Shown: piece after piece, positions 53,841-64,000 of the stretch | Position numbering within the stretch: the stretch's first letter is position 1 | Layout: each line of letters opens with the position of its first letter | Assembly: GCA_013265495.1 (NCBI GenBank) | Contig: MU058669.1 | Coordinates: 1 to 64,000 of the forward strand | DNA from: Vicugna vicugna | Taxonomy: Eukaryota | Reading direction: 5' to 3' | Length of the DNA: 64,000 bases | Made by a program: the position numbers and the translations under genes | The notes under the pieces: model-generated | Told to the model about the DNA's origin: nothing | Database searches by the model: none | What the model saw: the letters and a program-made list of their open reading frames with translations, nothing else

Positions 53841-55029
53841 TCTTCAATAAACATCCTGGAGCACCTGCTTCGTTGAAGGCACCAGGCTAGGCACTGAGAA
53901 TACAGCTGAGGGCAAGATGGATAGCCTTTGCCTTGATGGAATATAGTCTAGTACAGGGGACTAGATTTTTAACAAATCATTCCCAAGACACCTAATTCCA
54001 ATCTGTGATGAGTTTTACGCAGTTAAGAAAGTTTCTAAAAGGAACTTAATCCAATCAGGAGGATTAAGCTAGTCACCAGGCAGCTTGGGGAAGCATCAGC
54101 ACTTGGGCTGCCACCTAAGGCTGCACAGTTTGTATTCTGCACAAAGGTAACAGGAGGAGAGGACAGGCCAGAGCAGAGATGCAGTCCCACCCAAGCTGGG
54201 CCAGTTTCTAATTTGCAAAAAGGCACTGTGCAGACCAGCAGGGGCAGTGTTTAGGTGTGGTAGTTCCTCCTACCATCTGACCCCCTTCAAAAAAAAAGCT
54301 GCTCTAAATAAACACAGACTCTTAAAAACAGTGATATCTGTCTGTCTGTCTGTCTGTCTCTCTATATATATCCTCAAGGGATGTCTCCCATACTCCCTTT
54401 CTACCAGAATAAATCCCCTAAAACCTTACTTTAGCAATTTTGAGAATCAAAGATGGCATCTCTGAGGAAGTGACAGAGGAGCCAAGATTGAAGGATAAGA
54501 AAGGGCCAGGCAGCCAAAGTATGAGGAACGGCAAGTACAAGGCCTCTGTGGAGAGAAGGTACCACAGATGAGGGACCTCATAAGCGGCCAGTGGGGCTGC
54601 AGGGCACACAGTGATGGGAGAGTGGCAAGGGTGGGCTGGATAGCATGTATGGCCTGGAAGGCCAGATTAACGGGTTCCATCCTCACCCTGAAATGTCTCT
54701 TATTTCCTTCTCCCTGATCATGTTGTTTATGGGTGTCACTGCCCATGGGCACCCCCACAGAGCGAACAAAATAACATAAACCACCTTTCCATGGCGCCTA
54801 CCCTGAGCTACACACTGTACTGGGGCCACATGCCCAGTTCACTCTTCCTTCCCCATCTTCCTAAGGTAGGAAGGATTCTTTGATTCTAAATGAGCAGATG
54901 AGAAAACTGAGACACAGAGAGGTTACCTGGCTAATAAGTGGTGGGTTGGGATCCCAGGTCTGTGATTGTAAGCCTTTCTTCTTGGCCGCCTTGTAACAAA
55001 GACTCTTGCAAAAAAACAGGCACAAGGAG

Positions 55030-55360
55030 AGCCTGGCTACTCAAAGTGGCATCTGGGGGGCTTGTGGCATTGGCATCACCTAGAAGCTTGCCAGAAGTGT
55101 AGGCACTCCAGTTCCAGCCCAGTCCTACTCAATCACAACCTGCATTTTAAGATAAACAACCAGGTCCTATTGTACAGCACAATATCCTGTAATACGCCAT
55201 AATGGAAAAGAATGTGAAAAAGATTACGAATGTATGTGTAACTGAATCAATTTACTGTATACCAGAAACTAACACAATACTGTAAATCAACTATATTCCA
55301 ATCTTTTTAAATTTGTATTTTACAAGAATCACGTACACATTACAGGCTGAGAAGCACTAG
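55030..55360. mobile_element. MER5A-like element interrupted by an L1 3' end (~55150-55305, + strand)
   Basis: tgcattttaa / tgtattttacaag flank the L1 motifs. Confidence 0.65.
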
Positions 55361-55829
55361 ACAAAACAGTAAGTCTAGACAACAATCCAAGCAAAGCAGC
55401 ATATTGCCTTCACAGCCCTCAAACTACAGTCTACCGTCTCAAAGGCCAAGTCTCTAGTGACTTGAAAACAACTTATTATGACCAAATTTGCCAGAATTGC
55501 CAACGTTCCATCCATCCACTTGCCCCAGTTCTGTCTTCTATTGCAGCTCCAAAGGAAAGTCTGTGAGAGGCTACCACACCTCCAGAGAGAGGCTGCTGTA
55601 CACTCTGATTCTGGTCAGTTTCTTAGTATGGATCTGCCCTCGTACAGGAAGAAATCTAAAGTTGTTTGACCCTTCTCCTGGTTAATCACTGCTCCAAATC
55701 ATCTTCCACTTGGGGTCCACTCTGATCCCCAGATCATTTTCTGGGACCCACTTTTCACCAGACAATTCCTTCTCTTAGCCTACATACCAAAGAAGACAGA
55801 ATGGTTTGGCAGAAAAGATTACTAGGTGA

Positions 55830-56310
55830 TAATACTCAGCCATAAAAAAGAATGAAATAATGCCACTTGCAACATCATGGATGGACCTGGAGACTGTCAC
55901 ACTATGTGAAGTAAGAAAGAGAAAGTGATAAGATATCACTTATATGTGGAACCTCAAAAAAAAAAAAAAAGAGAGAGACAGACAGACAAAAGAACTTATT
56001 TACAAACAGAAACAGACTCACAGATATAGAAAGCAAACTTGGGTTACCAGGGGGTGAAAGGTGGTGGGGTGGAGGGATAAACTGGGAGTTCCAGATTTGC
56101 AGATAATAACTACTATATATAAAACAGATAAACAGCAAGGTCCTACTGTATAACACAGGGAACGATATATTCAATACCTTGTAATAGCCTATAATGAAAA
56201 AGGATATGAAAAAAACAAATATGGAACTGAATCACTATGCTGTACACCAGAAATTAACATACTGTAAACCGATTATACTTCAATTAAAAAAAAACTTTTT
56301 AATTAAAAAA
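55830..56310 (+). mobile_element. Young L1 3' end
   Basis: aatactcagccataaaaaagaatgaaataatgcc...gataaactgggagttccagatttgc...A tail; taggtga flanks. Confidence 0.88.
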
Positions 56311-56440
56311 ACTTAGGTGAGAAAAATCCGCATTTTCCTGCATTAAGGCCACATGTTATACGGCTGGGAAACTCCCATCTCCACTTCCCCCTTTCCATCT
56401 GAGAAATGGGTAGGATGAACTAGATTAGGAATCACTAAAT

Positions 56441-56756
56441 CAGGGGTTTGGCAGGTAACACAAAGGACGGCCTAGGTGAAGCAGGAAGGAGTAATGGGGA
56501 CAGTGGCAAATGAGAGGATGAATGCCTTGACTAAAAAAGGCAGCCCCACTCAGCATTAGGCTATTGTTGTCACGGTCCAGCGTTGGCATATGCTCTAATT
56601 ATTAGAGATTGAGAATCAGATGTCCCCCCCTGTGAAATATCCTATGGTGTTTAAACACCGGAATCTGGTTAAAACTCAAATAAACACCACTTTGTGGGCC
56701 GAATAAAGATCAGGTGCAGGCCAGATCTACCCGTGGGCCGCCAGTTTGCGATACCT
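56441..56756. mobile_element. hAT DNA transposon relic (MER45/MER58-like)
   Basis: caggggtttggca...gtgggccgccagtttgcgatacct termini. Confidence 0.5.
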
Positions 56757-56759
56757 AGC

Positions 56760-57300
56760 CTGAATGCCACCTAATTTTACGTGCAGGTTTATAATTCCAT
56801 CCTATGCGCAGCTCTTCTAGAATGCTGCAAAGCGGCCTCGGTTAGGGCGACGAAATCCGCGCCTTCCGGGGCCCGTCGCCCCTCCCTACCGCGACGCCGC
56901 CCCCGCGGTGCCCCTTCCCAGGCCTCTCAGGGAGCCGGCCGTGCGCGGGGACGCAGCCCTGCTCGTGGTGGCGGTGCTTGACGGGTCGCACGGCGTCGGT
57001 CTCTTTACACCCTCCCTACCTGGTCGCCTGCTCTCCGGGCTACGCCGCAGCGATGACTCAACATCCCGGAGCCCAGGCGTGGAGTCGGGGGCGAGAGTGG
57101 GAGAGGAGGAAGGGGTGGGGGAGGGGAGGGCTCCCGGGGAGGCCGAAGCCCCAGCCCCGCCCCTTCCCGCTGCCCGCCGACTTAGGGCTGATCCTGGCAA
57201 ACAGGCCGAAGAACAGCGGAGAGGGCAGGGAGAGGGTGAGGCACCCAAGGGGAGTTCGTGAGCTACCCTGCATTCATCCCCCATCCCGAAGTGCCCTTGT
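56760..57300 (-). promoter_or_regulatory. CpG-island promoter with candidate non-coding first exon(s); inferred distal LARP1 promoter
   Basis: Dense CpG, GC box at 57155-57163, AP-1 site TGACTCA at 57054-57060, minus-strand donors CAG|GTAGGG (57020/57019) and GCG|GTAGGG (56890/56889). Confidence 0.7.
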
Positions 57301-57649
57301 TCACACGCCACACCCACGGACCCACCCTCGCCTGTTTGGATTAGTGCTGGGAGATGCACCTTTAGACACGGACCCTTAGTGAGCCCCTTCCTCCCGATGG
57401 AGGCCTTGGGGGGACTGGTCAATTAGAGATGAGAGAGACAGAGCCCTGCTTCCTGGGGGCTTGCAAGGCAGCGAGAAAACCTACACCGCCTATCCGCAAG
57501 TGGAAATTTGAAAGGAGAAACGATCTGCCGCTGCATTTTCCTGCGCTACACAATAGCTATTATACAAGGTTGAGTTTGGAAGATGACCCAAGGAAGTGTC
57601 CTTAGCAATTTTTTAATAGAGTAAATGAATCGATGAATGAAATGAGCAT

Positions 57650-57689
57650 ATCTGTGTGTATAGAAAGGACAGATTTTTAAAAATGTCTT

Positions 57690-57720
<31 letters not shown>

Positions 57721-58200
57721 TTGGGAGGATGTACAGTTGTGTATCTTGAATGGTGTCTGCCATATGTATGCTTATGGATAGAAGCACACTGATAGCTGTG
57801 TATGAGTATGTGTGCTCAGAATGTGTCTCTGTGCATATGTACAGGCATGTATCTTTATGTGCCTAAATGTTAAGCAGGTGTGTATATCTGAGATCTATGG
57901 GCTTTCCTGAGTTTGTATTTAAATATGTGTGAATTTGTGGGCTTGTGAATGGGACTACATATACTTGGGTCTATACTGCTATTGTGTGCTAGTGTTGTAT
58001 ATATGTGTGTGGGGTGGGGATACTCCACGTATGTCTTGGTGAGATTGTGTTACGGTTGTGAATGTGTGTTTGTGAGTGTATGAGAATATATTTGTGCGTC
58101 TGTGACCAGGGCTGAAGTGTGCCTTAAGGTTGCCTGTGTGTTTAGATGTGTTTTTCAGAGTCTGCGTGGATATGACTGTGTATGAGTCTGGGTATATCTC
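57650..58200. repeat. (TG)n microsatellite and degenerate TG-rich tract
   Basis: Pure (TG)n at ~57700-57720 within a long alternating purine-pyrimidine-rich stretch. Confidence 0.8.
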
Positions 58201-58729
58201 TGCAGCCATCTATTGATTTAGTCTGCGATAAGGGCCAGGTGATTCTTAAGGGTTGGGCTGGACAAGGTGCTTCTTGGAGGAGGAGCTCTTGGAAGGGTGG
58301 GGACTGTGGAGGGTGTGCTGGCCCAGTGACCATCCAAAGCAATGGGAGGCAGGGTGAGCAATGTAGGCTGAAGCAAGATGGGGTGAATGAAGCAAGACCG
58401 TGAATGCCAGAACATGCTGTCCTCCAGGTCATCAGGGCCTCCTCTGCCCTCCACCCTCTCAAGCCTGCTTCTCTTGGGGCCTCCTTGCTGCCTACCTGGA
58501 CATTGTTCTTCTGCAGAACGTATCCCCTGGGTAATTAACAACAGCATCACGATGGAGCATTTGCTGTGTACCTCCCCCCCAAAAGCAGTGAATTGGCATT
58601 GGCTCAGCTTAGTATCCCCAACTTTACAGAGGGGGAAACTGAGAAGATGAGGTGCCTGTTCCTGGGTACACAGCTAGTAAGAGCACCTCAAACTCCAGGG
58701 CTGCATGCCCTCTCAATGGCTGGACCAGG

Positions 58730-58940
58730 ACAGTACAACCTCGGCACTATAGACACTTGGGGCGGGATAATGCAGCCTCGCAGGGCTGCCCTGTGCACTG
58801 TACGCTATCCAGCGGCATCCTTGGTCTCTGTCCACTAGATGCCAGTAGCACTTCCCTTTCCAGTTGTGACATCCAAAATGTCTCCATGTATTTCCACACG
58901 TCCGCTGGACACAAAATCACCCCTGATGGAGAACCAGTAC
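58730..58940 (+). mobile_element. MER20 DNA transposon
   Basis: aacctcggcactatagaca...ccactagatgccagtagcac...gtgacatccaaaatgtctcca...gagaaccag. Confidence 0.8.
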
Positions 58941-60699
58941 TCAAAACTATCCTGCCTCCCTGGATAAATGTTTTCTGAGAGGCTGCATCCTGTCCAGTGG
59001 CTTCAGCTGTCCCTCTTCTTGCACAGTGACCCTCACTTCCATGCAGGTAGCACCTTGCTTCTGTCACAGTCAAACAGAAGTTTTGACCAGCTGGGTCACC
59101 TTGTTCAGCAACTCAACCTCTCTGAGCCCCAGCAACAGAAAGCACAGGATTGAGTCCCTAGGAGCTACCTCGTGAGCTCTTACTACTATCATTCAAGTCA
59201 CAGGGATTCACTGGGGTCAGAGCTAGGAGGAAGAGGGCCCCAAGCCAGCTGACTCCCTCTGGCCCTGAGCAGTGGATGCTGCTGGTTCTGAGTTTGCTTT
59301 CTTGGTTCAGGGAGAAGGGGAGAGTGTTCCAGAGTTGGGCCCAAACTAGTGACGCTATCATATTTATGCTGTTTTATCTTTCAAATAAAACAGCTTGACT
59401 TTTCCCACCAGCAGAACCCGATATTAATGAGCATGTGCAGTGTTGTGGTCAGAACAGGTGCTCAGGAAGGGCAAGGCAGAGCCATCAGCAGGGCTCTTAC
59501 CTGTCCAGGTCCAGACTCCTCCTGCTACAGACAAGACACAGCTGATGATGCCTGCAGAGGACTTCCATGCAGGGATGCCAGTCTCTGCCACTCAGGAAAC
59601 TCTTTTCCTCTTGACTGGGTGTTCCTTTGCTGTGCCATCTCTCCCTCCGCTTCTTCTGTTCACCTGCACCCCTGCCGTGTTCCTGATGTTTGCAGGGCCC
59701 TCTGTCCAGTCCTCTCGGGAGGCTGCAGAGCAAAGTGGGCAAGGCTGAGAGTTCTTGACGCCTCATCCCCCAAGAGCCTGTGTGAGCTTGAGCAAGGCAC
59801 TTCACCTCTCTGGCCTCGGCTTCCTCATTTTGAAAATGTGGATCCCACAAGGTCCTATCTGGCAGTAGGACATGAGATAGTACATATAAACGATGCTGGG
59901 CATGTAGTAAGCCCTGAATAAATAGTGGCCACCATTACTACTATCATTTTTCATTAACAATGAAATGCAAATGAGCACTTACTCATTGCCAGGGAGTGTG
60001 CTAAGCCCTGGACAATTCTTTTCTCCCTTGATCCCTTCAGCCTCTGCAGGAAGTTTCTATTGTTCGCCTCAGCAGGGAAGAGGAAGCTCAGGTATGGTGA
60101 TGTTAAGGGAGTTACCCAAGGTGACAGAGCTGAAATGAATCAGAACCAAAGTATTGTTTCTGCAAAGCCTCACTGCCCTGCAAGCAGATTTCACCATAGG
60201 AAGGAGGGACCCTGGAAGTTTGAGAGGCCGAGAGAAGGCAGTGTGGGGCCTAGACAGAAGGAGGGGTTTAGCTCAAAAGGGATGAAGTTTCCCTTTTCTT
60301 GCTTTTGATGAAATTACCTAACACAGTGGGCTAGGGGGGTGGGTCTCATGACTCAAGAGGTGCTGCCAAGTTTTCACTAGTGCATAAAGTTTATTTTTAT
60401 TATAAGCCAGGGTATATATTGTTCTGGTGCTTTTTGTTTGAATTGGATTGTAGGGAGGCACAGAAAGGTGTTAACTTACTATATAAGTCACAGGACAGAC
60501 GGGAGGCCCACTTTAGAGCTGATGCCAGGGAAAGATGGTGTGTTTACCGGGAGCTGTGAGAATGAGGCCAGGTGAGTGTATAAGACAGGATGGTCTTTGT
60601 GGAAGGGTTAGTTCTTCCAATACATGTGCCAAAGGGGACAGAGAGAGCCATGTGATAACTGTTTTGCTGACTTTTCAAGATATTGAAGGCATTGTTTTC

Positions 60700-61215
60700 C
60701 TCCGTACTGTGATGCTGTATTTATTGCTATGTAGCAAATGACCCCACAGCTTAGTGGCTTAAAACAAATATTATCTCACACTTTCTGTGGATCAAGAATG
60801 CAGGAATGATTTAGCTGTGTAGTCTCTGGCTTAGCATTTCTCAAGAAGTGGCAATCTACTCGTCTGCCAGGCCTGAAGTCATCTGAAGGCTGGACTGGAG
60901 CTGGGGGATCTGCTTCTAAGATGTGCACTCACAGGGCTGTGGCTGGGAGGCCTCAGTTCTTCACCGCATGGCGGACTCTGCCATAGGGCTGCCTGGGTGT
61001 CCTCTCACCGGGGAGCTGGGCTTTCCCCAGAGCAAGGGAGAGCAGGGTGGAAGTCACGTTGTCTCCCATACCTAGCTCCAGAAGTCACACATCATCGGTT
61101 CCTGAATAACCTGATGCTTCCACAGGTCAGCCCTGCTCAATGTGGGAGGGCAACACACAAGGACATAATACCAGGAGGTAAAGATCATGGGGCCATCGTG
61201 GAGGCGGCCGGTCAG
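60700..61215 (-). mobile_element. MLT1-type LTR
   Basis: cttagtggcttaaaaca, catctgaaggctggactggagctggg, gaagtcacac, ggggccatc motifs. Confidence 0.7.
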
Positions 61216-62429
61216 AGTGCTCATCAACGCCCACTTGTTTACTATTGTTTGGAAAACTTTGGATTCCAAACGAAATCCAGCATTCAGACTGGGCTGCGGG
61301 TTCCAAAAAGTTGAGAGCTGCTCACCCAACAGCTTGGTTTCATCTGGACCTGCCTGTGGGGGTCCCTTTGGGGGCACGACTCCAGCAGCGTCCCAGGATG
61401 ACTCCATCAGAAATAAAGCGCTATGATCCCATGTCACTGACACTTATCTGCACCAGGGGCCAGCAGGGTACGGAGGTTAAGGAGCCTGGAGCTTGGAGCC
61501 AGGCAGAACTGGATTCAAGTCCTGACTCACCTACTGATGACTCAGGGGCTTTGGGCAGTTGGCTTAACTTCTCTGCGCCTCAGTTGTCTTCATGTGTAAA
61601 GTGGATGAAGATCAACTTCACAGGGTGCTTAGGAAGACGGAATACAGGATGACAGAGCAATGGTAATAGGACAGGAGTCATGTGCCCGACCAGTGTTGTT
61701 GACCCACAGAGTTGTTATTAATAGTGATGACAAGAAAGTAATAACAATAGCTCACATTTATCCAGCTCCTATTCTAGTCAGTCTCTGAAGCTTAGAGGAG
61801 TTAAGCATCCTGCCTGAGACACACAAGTAGGAGAGGGGGCACTCACACCCAGCTGTGTCTGTCTCCAATGCCAAACTATTGCATAACTTGCTCTTTTCCC
61901 TTAGTCATCTGTAATGATCTATGCTACATGGTTTTACCTCCTCCTTTCTTCCCCTCTTTTTGGCTGCTTAATAGTAAATGGTCATTGCATAATTAGTTAA
62001 CTAATTCCCCTAGTGTTGAGTGTTTAGTTTCCAATTTTTCACGATTAACAGTGAGGCTCCACTGAGCATCTTTGCTGCCCACGCACTTGTCCAGAGCTCA
62101 CCACGTGCCAGGGGCTGCACCAGGTACTTGACAGATGTACCTCGTTCAATCCTCCACAGCCCAAGGACACTCAGCTAGGAAATGACCCGTTCAGGTTCTC
62201 ACTTGTCTAACACAGTGTGCCTTTATAAGGATTGAGAATCCCTTGCTTTTCAGTCCTGAAGTTCCTTCTTCCAATAGGGCCCCCAAGGAGTACCTGTCTT
62301 TCCTCTGCAGCATGGTCCTGAGAAACCAGAGGGCTTGGGGTGTGCAAACCCGGGTTTAGCAAAAGGACGGCTCTTGGTAGCTTATCACCAGGCTCGCAGC
62401 AGCTGCGGCTCCCCAAACGGCCCTGAAAC

Positions 62430-62800
62430 AGACAGGATAGGCCAGGTTATGCTGCAGTGACAAACAACTCCAAGACAGTGGCTTAAAACATCTATTGTGG
62501 GGCTGCGACGGGCTCTGTTTTGTGTTGTCCTTACTCCAGGCCCCAAGCTGATCGAGCAGCCACCAACCTGAACACAGCCATGTGTCACTCGGGAGGCATG
62601 AGTGGATGCAGTCATGTGCACACTGGCTCTTAAAGCTTTCACCTGGAAGTGACTGCTTACTTTCTCTCACTTTTTTTTTTTTTTGGACAAAGCAAGTCAC
62701 GTAGGCATGTGTAACTAAAGGCACAGAGATGTACATCCCACCGTGTGCCCTGAGTGGGGAGAACTAGACTATTTGGTGAACAGCACTGGTGACCACCATG
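62430..62800 (-). mobile_element. MLT1J/K-like LTR
   Basis: ggttatgctgcagtgacaaacaac...gctcttaaagct...aagcaagtcac...tttggtgaacagcact. Confidence 0.6.
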
Positions 62801-63454
62801 GGCCTTGTCCTCTGCTGACCATTTAGAAAGAGTCTGACTGTCAGAACCATGTTTTTGAACAACTGAGTCCAGGCCAGAAGTGCCCAAGGATGCCTTAGCC
62901 TTCTGTCCTAGAGGAAGGACCCTTCTTCCCTCTCATCACCTCTTGCTCACATCGTGAAGCTGAGTTGGCCCTGCATCTCTGGGGACCCAGGAGATACAGA
63001 GAACAGAGGAGTGTGGGTCCAGGGAGGTGGACCGGGGGTGACCATAGGTGAGCTCTGAATTCTGAACTGGTCAGGCTAGAGGTGACTATGTGTCTGTGCT
63101 CTTGGGCAGTGGAGAGGGCATTTGACTCCCAAGTGACCTTGGAAATTCATCTGGAAACAACCGAAATGAACTTCAAAACAGAACAGCTATACCAGACAGG
63201 ATACTAAATACTAAAGAGAAATGACAAAGAGTGCTTATATTTATACAGATATGCCTTCAAAACATGACGTTGAACGGGAAAAAAAGCAAGAGGCAGAATG
63301 ATATGTGCAGTTTGATACCATTTATGTAACTTGGAAACACACTGAATAAAATACTCCACATTTTGTTTTTTGGTGCATAACATATGACAGTGGCTGTGGA
63401 GGGTTGGATGTGCAGGGAGTGGGGGAAGGAGCTAGGACACAGAATGAAGGAGAC

Positions 63455-63603
63455 GTGGGGGAGGGTATACCTCTAGTGGTAGAGCGCAAGCTTAGCATGC
63501 CCAAGGTCCTGAGTTCAATCCCCAGTGCCTCCTCTAAAAAAATGAATTAATAAACCTAATTACCACCCCCCATAAAAAACTAAAAGAAAAAAAGATATAC
63601 TAG
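63455..63603 (+). mobile_element. vic-1-type SINE inside an old L1 relic
   Basis: Near-perfect 14-bp TSD agaatgaagg(a/g)gac at 63441-63454 and 63604-63617. Confidence 0.88.
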
Positions 63604-64000
63604 AGAATGAAGGGGACAAATGGGGCTTTAACTCCATTAGTAGTTAAAAATAAACACATAGGATAAGCATATATAATGAACTTTTAATAGTTGTCAATTC
63701 TGAGTAGGAGGACTTGCATGCTTATGATATTGTTTGTATTTCTTTTGTGTTTAAAATGAAAAAGGGAAAAGTTTGGTCAGTCTGCCAGATCTGTTTCCTC
63801 CTCTCTAAAATCAGTTCATTGACCTAGAATTGTGGCTGGTTATCACAGATTGGTGACCTTTTTTAAAAAAATTAAAACAAAACAAAACAAAACAAAACAG
63901 GGATGTCCATTTAAAATTTTGCCCAGAATGGATTTTTAGATAACCGAAGTATATGTTCTGATCATGATTTCATAAAAAGAACATTTTAACATGAAATTAG

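Larger units (their letters stand above)
17960..62200. mobile_element. Numerous dispersed MIR and L2 fragments (e.g. ~21690-21900, 23620-24005, 26520-26760, 33985-34200, 38440-38780, 45700-46070, 59770-60130)
   Basis: Recurring MIR core (gcctcagtttccccatctgtaaaatgg / acagatgaggaaactgagg) and L2 3' ends (aataaatatttgttgaa.gaat). Confidence 0.8.

Noticed and set aside
56781..57422. Overlapping ORFs up to 178 aa
   Set aside because: Expected stop-codon scarcity in a GC-rich island; no recognisable protein.
59349..59921. 190-aa Cys-rich ORF
   Set aside because: Non-ATG start, runs into a MIR, and shows no domain pattern.

Overview
Mammalian genomic DNA, very probably camelid (many tRNA-Ala-derived vic-1-type SINEs and young L1 3' ends). 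The window joins two different domains with no N-gap. Left (1 to ~17.25 kb) is an AT-rich, LTR/ERV-dense olfactory-cluster-type segment with one intact minus-strand olfactory receptor gene, OR2W3-like (12430-13380). Right (~17.28-64 kb) is MIR/L2/DNA-transposon-rich and looks like the 5' region of LARP1 on the minus strand: a distal CpG-island promoter (~56.8-57.3 kb), a frameshifted copy of the alternative first coding exon of the shorter human LARP1 isoform (41946-42130), and a CpG island at 17.28-17.85 kb that ends abruptly where the main LARP1 exon 1 would be expected. I recognise no LARP1 gene body and no TRIM58, the normal upstream neighbour of OR2W3. LARP1-derived promoters therefore point at OR2W3 on the same strand, with a consensus splice donor at 17240 and an acceptor at 13392. 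This suggests a rearrangement breakpoint with possible promoter capture by an olfactory receptor, or an assembly misjoin. Human and mouse comparisons are from memory and need alignment. Repeat family names and many boundaries are approximate.
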